Of a DNA stretch of 64,000 nucleotides, positions 19,196 through 28,822 are shown piece after piece. Each line of letters starts with the position of its first letter. The first letter of the stretch is position 1. A model generated the notes under the pieces. That model searched no databases, was not told where the DNA came from, and saw only the letters and a program-made list of their open reading frames with translations. The position numbers and the translations under genes are program-made. Origin of the DNA: a candidate division FCPU426 bacterium (GTDB lineage: Bacteria > Oederibacteriota > JAAXVQ01 > JAUVAV01); NCBI GenBank assembly GCA_030637655.1, contig DAOWGI010000027.1, forward strand, positions 1 through 64,000, written 5' to 3'.

Positions 19196-20432
19196 TCCTT
19201 TTCCTCGGTGTTAAAAAATAACATGCCAAACAAGTCAATAGATGATTTAAACCAACCACCAACAATACCTGCTGAAGTGAGGCATGAAAAAATATCAAAC
19301 TTAATAAAAATACCGGCATATCCAATAATAGTACCACAACAAAGCGTTTATTTTGTATGGCAATATTATACTGCAGGAGGATATAGATTAAGGCCAGAGG
19401 TAAAAATGCCATACCAAAACATTGCACCAAGAGCAACGTTGTGGAATTCATAAATTGTTTGCCAAACAGTGTGAGGATAATCACTGGCGCTACAAACCAA
19501 ATAAGGATTACTCCCACCACTATGATTCCACCCGTGAGCAGCAAACTTTTTCGAAGTAAAAAATAGGTGTTTTCCGCGCGTTCTTGTCCCGCGCTTACTT
19601 TTGGAAACAGAACCTGGGCCACGGCAAAAGGTAAAAAGAGAAACGCTTTGCCCACCAGTGAACCGGCAGAATAATATCCTGCTTGTTCGGGAATAAAATA
19701 GTGCTTCACCATAATGACATCTAAGCTGGTCAACAACATAAATGCACCCAGGGATAAAACCACTGGCACACCATAACGGTAAAGCTGCTTAAATTCCAAA
19801 TTCGAAATCTTTACTACCGGTTGTACGAACAAACGCCGCAACGGAATACCCGTCAAGACACATGCTAAAGCGCCGGCCAGGCCACCGGCATAGACACCAC
19901 CCGTCACGCGAAAGCCCACAAAGAAAAAAAACGCTCCTATACCTAAACGTACAATTCCATCCACCAGCAAGTTGAGTCCCAAATGGTTAAACTGCTGAAA
20001 TCCTTGCAAGGTGCCTCGTACCACCGGCAAGGCCAACCATACGAGCCCGGCAAAACCGACAGCAATGATCGGCGCCGGTGATTGCAAATGCAAGAAATCC
20101 GCCAAAAATCGGCTGCTGATGATTAACGCGAGCCAAATCACACTACCAAGTATCAGTGAACGAATCATGGCTTGGAAAACAAAACCGGCAATGCGGTCTA
20201 AACGTCCGCTCAATTCTTCGGTGGAGACAAATTTGGTAACAACCATTTGAATGGCTTGACTGGGTATGGCAATGGCAATCAATAAAGCCAGCATACTTAC
20301 CAAGGCGCCATAATCCGCCGGCCCTAATATCCGGCTGGCCATAGAGTGAAATCCGTAGTTGAATATGTTGGTCAAAATCATAATGATAACGAGTATTGAC
20401 GAGGCTTGCACCAGCCCTGGTTTGGTTCTCAT
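19188..20432 (-). CDS. Wzx/MOP-family oligosaccharide flippase
   Basis: About 12 TM; R.LGPADYG, D.IMVKHY, AGYYSA, LFPKVS motifs. Confidence 0.85.
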   Translation of the reverse strand: MRTKPGLVQASSILVIIMILTNIFNYGFHSMASRILGPADYGALVSMLALLIAIAIPSQAIQMVVTKFVSTEELSGRLDRIAGFVFQAMIRSLILGSVIWLALIISSRFLADFLHLQSPAPIIAVGFAGLVWLALPVVRGTLQGFQQFNHLGLNLLVDGIVRLGIGAFFFFVGFRVTGGVYAGGLAGALACVLTGIPLRRLFVQPVVKISNLEFKQLYRYGVPVVLSLGAFMLLTSLDVIMVKHYFIPEQAGYYSAGSLVGKAFLFLPFAVAQVLFPKVSAGQERAENTYFLLRKSLLLTGGIIVVGVILIWFVAPVIILTLFGKQFMNSTTLLLVQCFGMAFLPLALIYILLQYNIAIQNKRFVVVLLLDMPVFLLSLIFFHASLQQVLLVVGLNHLLTCLACYFLTPRKRNV

Positions 20433-20676
20433 AGTACATTCATTCCTTGAGCAGTAAACTCCCCCGAGCAGGAACTGATGCTGTTTCCAACATGAAGGTG
20501 TTCACCACGATTTAAATATATCCGCAGGTGCCGATCATCTCTCCGCAAAGCAATGCATCCTTTCTCAAATCCGGGGAGAGCCTTGGAAAAAAGATCGTCA
20601 CTGTACCTAAGCGCGAACGACAAAATACATTAAACAATCATACTCGGGCCGAAGCAACGTCGAATGACAAACGTGT

Positions 20677-21786
20677 TTAACGCTTTTCCAAAGAAAAATA
20701 TCCCACACCGCTTATATCCGGCATATAATAGTTATTTTGACTATCCTGCACAGGGGACACTGGCCATTTCGCGGCAATTCTCCAGACGAGCTTTCCTTTG
20801 ATGGAATACGCCCAAACCATCTGCCCTTCAAAATCGTTAATATAAACGATTTGATCCTTCACAAATAGCGCAGACAACGTATTCGGGGTAAAATCCAAAG
20901 ACCAGTCACAAATGAATTTTCCTTTATTCGAAAAGATCTGCACTTTCTTTTTAGACAAATCCAAGACATACACATTACCCTTGTCATCCACGTCCATATG
21001 ATACACGTGCAGAAACTTGCCTCTGCCTTTGCCTTTGCCGCCAATACGATCAATGATTTGACCCTCTGAATTATAGCGCACAATTTGCATCTTATTTCCG
21101 TCTGTGACTAAAATATTATCTTCTTGATCTATGGTAATGGCATTACACAACGGAGCCGACCAGTTCCGCAGCAGTTCCCCTTTTGGAGAAAACACGACAA
21201 TTTCTTGATTGGTCGCATCCATGGCGTAAATATTTCCTTGGCTGTCACTGTCAACATCAAACGGTTTAAAATTATCTTTGCCAGTCTGCGTTTTGTCTAT
21301 GGTCAGTACATATTCCTTTGTTTTCGCATCATACATCAAGATTCGTCCCAAAATATTGTCCACTAAAAATAATTTGTCCTGATTAGTGATTTTTAAAATT
21401 ACTACACCGTTATAGGTCATGCGGTTTTTGAAATCACCGCCGCGCATACCAAACGATCCTTTTTGTATAAACGCCCGCTCTTGCGAACTCTTTTTACTGA
21501 TAATCACAGCAGTTTCCAAGACTACCAGTCCGACCAATGCAATAATGACGACGGCGGCAATGATACGTCCTTTGAGTCTTGGTCCCTTGGTAGCTTGCAA
21601 CTCAGGTGCTTTTTCCGGCCTGGGTGGGACAACGGTTTCCAAAGGTTTTTCCGAAACAACGGACACAGGTGCTGCGGAAGGTTTGGCTTTTGCCACTTTC
21701 TTGCTGGTTACTTTTTTATTTGTTGCCGTCTTGGGTTTAGCCGCTTTTTTTACCTGTATGGCTTTTTTTTTCGGCTTGGTTGACAT
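20677..21786 (-). CDS. Membrane-anchored NHL-repeat beta-propeller protein (divergent)
   Basis: Lys-rich N-tail, one TM, repeats such as PFDVDSDSQGNIY..D and VDDKGNVYVLD...KVQIF. Confidence 0.8.
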   Translation of the reverse strand: MSTKPKKKAIQVKKAAKPKTATNKKVTSKKVAKAKPSAAPVSVVSEKPLETVVPPRPEKAPELQATKGPRLKGRIIAAVVIIALVGLVVLETAVIISKKSSQERAFIQKGSFGMRGGDFKNRMTYNGVVILKITNQDKLFLVDNILGRILMYDAKTKEYVLTIDKTQTGKDNFKPFDVDSDSQGNIYAMDATNQEIVVFSPKGELLRNWSAPLCNAITIDQEDNILVTDGNKMQIVRYNSEGQIIDRIGGKGKGRGKFLHVYHMDVDDKGNVYVLDLSKKKVQIFSNKGKFICDWSLDFTPNTLSALFVKDQIVYINDFEGQMVWAYSIKGKLVWRIAAKWPVSPVQDSQNNYYMPDISGVGYFSLEKR

Positions 21787-21822
21787 TGATTCAATCTCCT
21801 TTGGCTTTTCAGTTGATTTAAA

Positions 21823-22971
21823 TTAAGGCTTTACGGGTGCAAGTTTAACAATTTCACCTTTATTCATGTTGGAAACATAGACTGAACCCTGCGGGCCTAC
21901 CGCAATTCCCAACGGAGAGACAAATATCTCTTTGCCGGGTTTGTTTCCCCAGCTGCCGACATACTTTCCTTCCCGGTCGTAAATCCAGACTAGGTTGTGC
22001 TGAATATCGGTGGCATAGACATTTCCGTTTTTATCCACTGCCAGCATTGGCCAGCCGACTCCGTTTTGCCAGCCTTTGACACGAATGTCTCGTATGTATT
22101 TGCCGTCAGAAGTAAAAACTTTGATGCGACGGTTTCCGGCATCTCCCACGTATACCTGGTCATCCGGTCCGATCCATATGCCAAAAGTCTCCTGGAACCG
22201 TTCTCTGCCGTTTCCGTACTCACCCCAACGTTTGACTAAATTAGCGTCTGCGTCAAACTTTTTCACGCAACTGTTGCCGGTATCCGCTATGTACAGAAAG
22301 CTCTTGCTGTCCACAGCCACATTGCGCGGTGAATAGAAGTTTCCGGTTTTGGCGGCGATTTCACCGTAATACTCTCCTTTTCCCGAAAACTTCTGAATAC
22401 GTCCGTTCCAGGTGTCGGCCACATACACCTCTCCCTGCGCGCCCACGGCCAGACCTGAAGGTTCTTTGAACTCTCCGGCCGCATTTCCGGCTTTGCCCCA
22501 CACATCCATCACTTTTCCATCCGGACCAAATTTCACGATCCGATGGTTTCCCAGATCCGCGACAAATACCTCTCCGCTTTGATTGACGGCAATACCGCGC
22601 GGCGAGGCCAAAGGACCGGCTGCATGCGCGCCTACGGCAAACTTAGCTTCTACAGTAATTGGCAACAATTTTATTGGCGGCCCCTGACGCAGTTTCCCGA
22701 ATAACGCCAAAGCAATAACTACGCCCACCACCACTCCAAAGATCACCAGACCTCGGTTCTTTTTTGGCTGGGATTCCGTTTTTTTATGCTCCATAACTTT
22801 GGTGGAAAGCGGCGGCCGTTTCGGCCGGCTCTTTTTTCCGGATGCCGCAGCCGCGCCTTTTTTTATTTTTACGGCTTTGTCGGTTGTAGGAGTTGCTTTG
22901 ATTTTGGCCGCCGACTTCTTGGTGCCGGACACCGGGCGTTTGGCAGACTTGCTTTTTTTGTTGGTCGCCAT
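21823..22971 (-). CDS. Membrane-anchored NHL-repeat beta-propeller protein
   Basis: Lys-rich N-tail, one TM, six PRGIAV..G.V.VAD..N.RI.KF repeats. Confidence 0.9.
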   Translation of the reverse strand: MATNKKSKSAKRPVSGTKKSAAKIKATPTTDKAVKIKKGAAAASGKKSRPKRPPLSTKVMEHKKTESQPKKNRGLVIFGVVVGVVIALALFGKLRQGPPIKLLPITVEAKFAVGAHAAGPLASPRGIAVNQSGEVFVADLGNHRIVKFGPDGKVMDVWGKAGNAAGEFKEPSGLAVGAQGEVYVADTWNGRIQKFSGKGEYYGEIAAKTGNFYSPRNVAVDSKSFLYIADTGNSCVKKFDADANLVKRWGEYGNGRERFQETFGIWIGPDDQVYVGDAGNRRIKVFTSDGKYIRDIRVKGWQNGVGWPMLAVDKNGNVYATDIQHNLVWIYDREGKYVGSWGNKPGKEIFVSPLGIAVGPQGSVYVSNMNKGEIVKLAPVKP

Positions 22972-22985
22972 CTGTGTTCTTCCTC

Positions 22986-23942
22986 CTAAGGTTGAAGTTT
23001 ATATAACCGGTTGGCTGTCATGTCCGTAATATACAATATACCGGTCTTTTTATTGATTGCCACGCCCAGCGGAGTGCTAAACGGTTTCTTGGTTTGCGGA
23101 TCCTGGGTGCGGTGGGAAAGGAATTTTCCTTCACGGGTAAACACATGAATACGGTGGCGGGTTGGATCTGTGATGAATACCTTGTCGTTTTTATCATCAA
23201 TCGCAATGTATGGTTCCATATAAAATTGTTCTTTTTGCCAACCGTCAAGCGGCCAGGAGCGAACCAGCGAACCTGCGGTATCACACACCTGAATTCTGAA
23301 ATTTAAGCGGTCGCAAATGTAGAGCAGATCGTTCTCGTCAATCTTGATTCCAAAGGGTTCATCATATTCATTGGGACCAGCTCCCTTTTGCCCCCAGGTT
23401 TTTACAAACTCGCCGTCAGCGGTAAATTTTTGGATCTTCCGGTTTCCGGTATCAGTCACATACACGAATCCTTTGGAGTCCACGGCCACATCGCGCGGTC
23501 CCCAGAAGCCGCCCTCGCCCGCCCATTTTTTGATAAAATGTCCTTTGGCATCAAATTTTTGAACGCGATGATTCCAGGTATCCGCCACATAGATAGCGCC
23601 GTCCGGTCCGATATCAATTCCACCAGGTGACTTAAACTGACCATCACCATCGCCTTCGCTGCCCCATTTCATTACATACTCACCTTCAGCCGTGAATTTT
23701 TGAATGCGGTGATTGGTGGAATCCACCACATACACAAAGCCCTTATCATCCACGATCACACCGCGCGGATCAGCCAGCTGACCTGCTGCTTTCCCGCGAT
23801 CACCCGTACTCTGCATGGGGTTCACTTTCACGTCACTCTCTTTGGCTCCTTTGCCTAAAAACAAACTATAGGCAATGGCACTTCCCAAAACAATAATACT
23901 TGCTCCTAAAACGATAGCTGCCACTTTTTCTTGCTGTCGCAT
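22986..23942 (-). CDS. Membrane-anchored NHL-repeat beta-propeller protein
   Basis: N-terminal TM then PRGV.VD.KG.VYV.D..NHRIQKF repeats. Confidence 0.9.
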   Translation of the reverse strand: MRQQEKVAAIVLGASIIVLGSAIAYSLFLGKGAKESDVKVNPMQSTGDRGKAAGQLADPRGVIVDDKGFVYVVDSTNHRIQKFTAEGEYVMKWGSEGDGDGQFKSPGGIDIGPDGAIYVADTWNHRVQKFDAKGHFIKKWAGEGGFWGPRDVAVDSKGFVYVTDTGNRKIQKFTADGEFVKTWGQKGAGPNEYDEPFGIKIDENDLLYICDRLNFRIQVCDTAGSLVRSWPLDGWQKEQFYMEPYIAIDDKNDKVFITDPTRHRIHVFTREGKFLSHRTQDPQTKKPFSTPLGVAINKKTGILYITDMTANRLYKLQP

Positions 23943-23961
23943 TCCCTGCCTCCTGATAATT

Positions 23962-24053
23962 GTAAGGGCGCCGCACGACCAATGGTTGTAGGGAACAGTC
24001 GCGACTGTTCCCTACAAGGCAAAACAATATTCCGTCCGGTGCCGTGCCCCTAC
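23962..24053. repeat. Nested REP hairpins
   Basis: Perfect palindrome GTAGGGAACAGTCGCGACTGTTCCCTAC (23988-24015) inside outer GTAAGGGC...GCCCCTAC ends. Confidence 0.8.
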
Positions 24054-24063
24054 ACAAATTCTA

Positions 24064-26073
24064 TTACTGATATTTTTGCTCCGCATTGCTCCAATACAGA
24101 TGCGCCACATCGCGGCGTATATAGACAATCATGTCATAGGAACCCAATCCGCTCCACGGTTCTTTGTACATAAACAACCGCCAGACTTTTTTGGCTTTTC
24201 CGGCAAAAGTGTCGTTTAAAAACATTCCACTGTCCGGCGCCCACCATACGCGTAATTTATAGCGTTGGGCAATATATTTTTCCGCCAATAATTCCGCCAC
24301 GCGGTCATCATGTCCGGGCGCCGCCATTTCGATCCCGGAAATAATAATCGGATTTTCTTCAATAGTTCCTTCGGCTTGCGTGGCCGAGTATTTCGGATAG
24401 CCTACATGTTTAAAATCGCGCAGATACCAGGCAAAAGGCCAGGAACAATAATCTTCACAAGTAATTTTCATTTCATAATTGCCTTTCAACCGCTTAGACA
24501 TATTCTTTAGCTGACGCACCACTTGCGGCACATTGGCGGATGATTGAACATAGACCAGCAATTCCGCCGGATTCGCGCCTTTGCCGTGAAAATTAACCAA
24601 ACTGGTATTGTGCAGCATCATGGTTCCCATAAGTATAAAGACCGTAAGCAGTATGGCGCGCTGTTTTCGGAAACGATCCCAAAACTCGCCCAGGAGGTGT
24701 CCGGTCAGCAACATCATGGGCATCAAGGGATGCAGTATCAACCAGGGCATCCGTTCCCCGGCAAAGGAATAATCGGAAAAAGCAGCAATGGTCCACACCA
24801 GCAGAAAGGGCACAAACATTTTTTTGCCGGAAAAAGAGAAGTATGCCAACATCCCCACTCCCAGGGCAATCAAGAGCAGTGAAAAGATCAAACCAAAGGT
24901 CTCATTACCATGAGTGGTGAACAACCACCAGGCGGCAAATAAAATGAGATATGACAACACGTGCCAGGCGCGATTGAGTTTATTCTTGATAAAACTGTAG
25001 TAGATCAACCCGGCAATGGCACCCAGAAAAGCCAGGGTTTCGTACAGCGGGATCAAACCGGCATAAAAATAGACCGGTTGACTTCCCCGCTGAACCTCAT
25101 GCTGCCCCAGCCAATACTGCCACGACTTTGTAAACGCATCAATAAAGCCCTGCGGATGCGTAAAGACCGTGGTGTACAAAATAAAAATAATACCAAACAC
25201 CAAGCCTGAGGAAATCCAGAGTGGTTTCCGGTTTTTCCAGAGATTTTCCAAACGCTCCATGAATACATTATCACCGTTTTGCTGGGTGGTGTACTCCCAA
25301 AGCCAACGGAAAAAGAGAAAGGTTACAAAAATAGAGCCGGTGATATAGGTTACTTCTTTGGTACAAAATGCCAGACCCAGACCAACAGCGCCAAGATATA
25401 AATATTTTGACTGTTTGGTTTCCAACCAGCGAAACAGACCGTATACCATCAGTATATTAAAAGCGGCAATATGGATGTCATTGCGAATAAAACGCCCGAA
25501 ATACGTAAAGGACGGCGAAATGGCAATCATGATCCCGGTGAAAATCGCGCCTGTGCGTCCGAGGTGAGGTCGCAGCAAGTACACTACAAACAAGGTCAGC
25601 ATACCCATCAGGGCCGGCACAATCCGACACGTGTAATCTGAGGCGCCAAACAGATAATATGCCAAAGCATTAAAATGAAAGAGCAACGGTCCGTGCATCA
25701 TGGGGTTGTAGGAATACCCTTTGCCTTTAAACAGCTCCCAGGAATAAAAAGCATGCAGGCTTTCATCGTGATGCAAGGGTTTTTCACCCAGATTGAAGAA
25801 TAATAAAAAAGCAGCCGTCGCAAAGATAGCCAACCAGATGATATTTTCCCAGGTAAGCCATTGGCCGGCCACGGTTGCGCTTTGATCCAACACCGCTGCA
25901 CCCGCAGTTTTGGAACCCTGCTGTAGGGGCACAAAATTTTGTGCCTCTACGTTTGTATTAACGGATTCAGGAACCTGGGCTTTTTTCTTCTCTTTTTTTA
26001 TCATTTTAGTTCCGCAGGTGTCACAAAAAATGTTGCCTGCGGGATTTTCAGCTCCGCATTTCAGACAATTCAC
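24064..26073 (-). CDS. TIGR03663-like (PMT-related GT-C) membrane protein with N-terminal zinc ribbon
   Basis: HHDESLH (DE) and PMMHGP (HGP) motifs, RFIRND, many TM; CLKCG...FCDTCG ribbon; GTG start 26073 behind AGGAGG. Confidence 0.8.
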   Translation of the reverse strand: MNCLKCGAENPAGNIFCDTCGTKMIKKEKKKAQVPESVNTNVEAQNFVPLQQGSKTAGAAVLDQSATVAGQWLTWENIIWLAIFATAAFLLFFNLGEKPLHHDESLHAFYSWELFKGKGYSYNPMMHGPLLFHFNALAYYLFGASDYTCRIVPALMGMLTLFVVYLLRPHLGRTGAIFTGIMIAISPSFTYFGRFIRNDIHIAAFNILMVYGLFRWLETKQSKYLYLGAVGLGLAFCTKEVTYITGSIFVTFLFFRWLWEYTTQQNGDNVFMERLENLWKNRKPLWISSGLVFGIIFILYTTVFTHPQGFIDAFTKSWQYWLGQHEVQRGSQPVYFYAGLIPLYETLAFLGAIAGLIYYSFIKNKLNRAWHVLSYLILFAAWWLFTTHGNETFGLIFSLLLIALGVGMLAYFSFSGKKMFVPFLLVWTIAAFSDYSFAGERMPWLILHPLMPMMLLTGHLLGEFWDRFRKQRAILLTVFILMGTMMLHNTSLVNFHGKGANPAELLVYVQSSANVPQVVRQLKNMSKRLKGNYEMKITCEDYCSWPFAWYLRDFKHVGYPKYSATQAEGTIEENPIIISGIEMAAPGHDDRVAELLAEKYIAQRYKLRVWWAPDSGMFLNDTFAGKAKKVWRLFMYKEPWSGLGSYDMIVYIRRDVAHLYWSNAEQKYQ

Positions 26074-26101
26074 TTTTTCCTCCTTGTAAGTACACATGCA
26101 G

Positions 26102-26173
26102 GTAGGGAACGGTCGCAACCGAAGGAAATCCCATTCGATATATATCCGTTCCGGTCGGGGGACCGTTCCCTAC
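26102..26173. repeat. REP palindrome split by 44-bp insertion
   Basis: Removing 26117-26160 restores perfect GTAGGGAACGGTCGCGACCGTTCCCTAC. Confidence 0.85.
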
Positions 26174-26182
26174 CGTCCGATG

Positions 26183-28588
26183 TTATCGCCGTCGATAAAT
26201 AACCACTCCGCCCGGATGTTCATAAACTTTATCCATAAACACCGCGAATTTTTCCAAAGCCGAGACTGAGTATTTTTGCCGTTCCAAAGTCCCGACAAAT
26301 ACAAAATATACATTGTACTTATCCAGCAAGGTTCGGGCCGCGTTCACATCCGGCGAACCATACATGGTATCAATGTCAGGGATACGCTTTCCCGGTTCAG
26401 CATAATTACCCCGCCACTGCAATTCATGCCCGCCCCAACCCAGAACCGTTGGTAATCCGGTAAAGGTCGATACCCGGGCAAAATCCGTATACTCACCGCC
26501 GGTGGCTTCCAACACCACTGGGTTGCCTTTGACATTTTTTCGCAGCCATTCAATCCCCGCCCGATCCGGAGCGTAGCTGTTGTTTAAATAAAATGAGCCG
26601 TCCAGAGTGGTGTAATTGCAAAAACGATTGGTCTTGATCATAGTTCCGGCATACGGATATACTAAAGAGGCCGCCACCAGCAAAACCAGGGGAAGGCACC
26701 ACGCCAGTTTAAGATTGGTATTGTGCCTGGAATATTTAAACGCCCAGACCAAGCCGTACACTGAGGCTATCCCCAGCAAAAACCAGGCTTGATAATAAAA
26801 TTTAAACACTGTATTCATCCGGTCCAAGGGCGGATTAAAGGTGTCTTTGATATGCAGGGTTTCACAGCCAAAAAGCAGCAAGCCGGCGGTAAAAAACAGC
26901 ATGAGCGCAAACATGGTTTCCGGTTTGTCAATTTTCGCAGCCAACAACACTCCCACGGCAAAGAGAAAGAGCATGAGCATTCCCAATAAATACGGTTGCG
27001 GATTCTCCGCCTTGCCAAAAAAGACCGCTTTTAATATCACCGCGGTAATTGTCAGAACCAACGCGCTGCCTAAAATCACTGCTGCCAAACGCCCTCGCCC
27101 TTGCCGTAAAACCGCTACCGGTTGGAGCAAAAAGAAAAAAAAGTCATTGACCCAGCGAGGCATATCACCCACAGGACGAATCAGGGCATTGCTCTCATTT
27201 GTGCTGTTTTCGATCGCGATCCGGAATCCGCACTTGCCACAGATTTTTTTGCCTTCCCGAATTTCCGCGCCGCACTGCGGGCAGAACGAGGCACTGGGTT
27301 TTTTTTCTTGGTTGGCGTTTTTATTGGGCTCACCGGTCAAGATAGTGACAAACCAAGCATGGTAGCGCGCCAAGACAAATGTCAGGGTCATGAAAGTAAA
27401 GAGCCCGAAGATCAAAAGAAAGTCACTGACTTTGGTGTTTTGGGTGGTCCAGGCAATACCCTTGGCTTGACTGTGAAAATGCATATAAAAAGGGACATAG
27501 GGTATAATCATCAGCGCTGAGATTACCACCCCAATACCAAGCATGCCTTTCCAGGGCAGACTGGTAAGCGTCGGTCGCTGATAATACTGTTGGAAAAAAA
27601 CGGCCAGGCCCGCTAAAAAAAAGGTCGTAGGCATATCCCAGCTGTTCATAAAGCCCAAAGCGCCCAGCATGAGTCCCCATAAAGCAGCCCGGCCTAATTG
27701 CCGCGTATCTTTATAGGTGATTTCTCTATCTGTAGACTTCAAATGATTGAGTGTCAGCCCTAAGCAAATCATGATAAACGGGACAGATAACATATGCGGA
27801 TGCATGTCTCCCAGCAGGTAGGAAAAGAACGGGAATTCATTAATAGTATCCGGAATGACCCGCGAGGGTGTCCACCAATTAAAATTTTCAATAGACTTGG
27901 TCATCAGCACTTGACGAAAGCCCTCCAAATTGCCCAGCAAATACAACCCTGACCAACCGCCAAAAGCAATGGACATACGCCGGGTCAAATTGTACAGCAC
28001 GGAAAAAGTACTGATCCCGGAAAGTGCAAAGAGCAAACCTAAGGCCAAATTAAAGGCAATGGCCGGCGCCGTCCCGGAAACCTTGGTGATAATACTCATC
28101 AAGAAATAGCCGAAATAATAATAACTTATATAAAATTCCTGGCCTGAAAGCCAAGGATCATACGGTGGCATGGTCGCAATCCGGGTCATGGAATTCATAA
28201 AGGCCATGTCCATGAATTTTTCAGTGCCGAGAATATCCGGATTATACATGCGGAAGAAAAGAAACAAGAGAAACAAAGCGGCAAAAAATAATTCGACTAC
28301 TAAAATATAGCCCCAGCGTTCCCGGATGACAGCTTGGATCTCATCCTTATATTTAACCCATAACCAATAAGAAAATCCGCAAAGCAAGCCAAAGCTTAAG
28401 ATAATGCTGAGTACTGAAAAATGAACAAATCCAAGCAACCAAACCAGCAGCCCGACCAGGATGAGTCCCAGGGGTTTGGAAAACCCATATCCCCGGTCAG
28501 GAAGAAATTGAAAGACTTTTACGCTTATTGGAATAGCGACAACACCCATTAGGGATATGAGCAACCACCAAATCAGTATGCCTCCCAC
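26183..28588 (-). CDS. DUF2298 / Chlor_Arch_YYY (TIGR03662-like) membrane protein with internal double zinc ribbon
   Basis: GTEKFMD, PPYDPWLSG, YYYFG, INEFPFFS.L.GDMHPH, RMNTVFKFYYQAW, GLPTVLGW.GHE.QWR; GTG start 28588 (the longer ORF start lies in a REP). Confidence 0.85.
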   Translation of the reverse strand: MGGILIWWLLISLMGVVAIPISVKVFQFLPDRGYGFSKPLGLILVGLLVWLLGFVHFSVLSIILSFGLLCGFSYWLWVKYKDEIQAVIRERWGYILVVELFFAALFLLFLFFRMYNPDILGTEKFMDMAFMNSMTRIATMPPYDPWLSGQEFYISYYYFGYFLMSIITKVSGTAPAIAFNLALGLLFALSGISTFSVLYNLTRRMSIAFGGWSGLYLLGNLEGFRQVLMTKSIENFNWWTPSRVIPDTINEFPFFSYLLGDMHPHMLSVPFIMICLGLTLNHLKSTDREITYKDTRQLGRAALWGLMLGALGFMNSWDMPTTFFLAGLAVFFQQYYQRPTLTSLPWKGMLGIGVVISALMIIPYVPFYMHFHSQAKGIAWTTQNTKVSDFLLIFGLFTFMTLTFVLARYHAWFVTILTGEPNKNANQEKKPSASFCPQCGAEIREGKKICGKCGFRIAIENSTNESNALIRPVGDMPRWVNDFFFFLLQPVAVLRQGRGRLAAVILGSALVLTITAVILKAVFFGKAENPQPYLLGMLMLFLFAVGVLLAAKIDKPETMFALMLFFTAGLLLFGCETLHIKDTFNPPLDRMNTVFKFYYQAWFLLGIASVYGLVWAFKYSRHNTNLKLAWCLPLVLLVAASLVYPYAGTMIKTNRFCNYTTLDGSFYLNNSYAPDRAGIEWLRKNVKGNPVVLEATGGEYTDFARVSTFTGLPTVLGWGGHELQWRGNYAEPGKRIPDIDTMYGSPDVNAARTLLDKYNVYFVFVGTLERQKYSVSALEKFAVFMDKVYEHPGGVVIYRRR

Positions 28589-28613
28589 CAGAAATAGTCC
28601 CCCCTTTAAAATT

Positions 28614-28641
28614 GTAGAGACGCGATTAATCGCGTCTCTAC
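28614..28641. repeat. Perfect 28-bp REP palindrome
   Basis: GTAGAGACGCGATTAATCGCGTCTCTAC, identical to 3058-3085. Confidence 0.9.
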
Positions 28642-28681
28642 GGTTTTCAAACAAACATCACCCTTCGCCGCAAGTAGAGAA

Positions 28682-28710
28682 ATTATAAAAGCGTGGGAAC
28701 GGCTTGTCAA
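28682..28710 (-). promoter_or_regulatory. Consensus sigma70 promoter for the YYY/TIGR03663/NHL genes
   Basis: Minus strand TTGACA(28710-28705)-N17-TATAAT(28687-28682). Confidence 0.75.
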
Positions 28711-28774
28711 CCTGAATACGCCGGATTTGCGTTTAAAAATCAATCAAAATATCGATTTTAAATTATTTCAATCT

Positions 28775-28822
28775 GTAGAGACGCGATTAATCGCGTCTCT
28801 ACCATCGTGTTCGCGTCTCTAC
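28775..28822. repeat. Perfect REP palindrome plus adjacent half copy
   Basis: 28775-28802 full copy; TCGCGTCTCTAC half (28811-28822) supplies the TAG of the upstream gene. Confidence 0.85.

Noticed and set aside
28589-28654. N-terminal extensions such as RRDAINRVST (also at 26074-26118 and 49813-49926)
   Set aside because: They translate REP palindromes or untranslated leaders; better RBS-linked starts lie downstream
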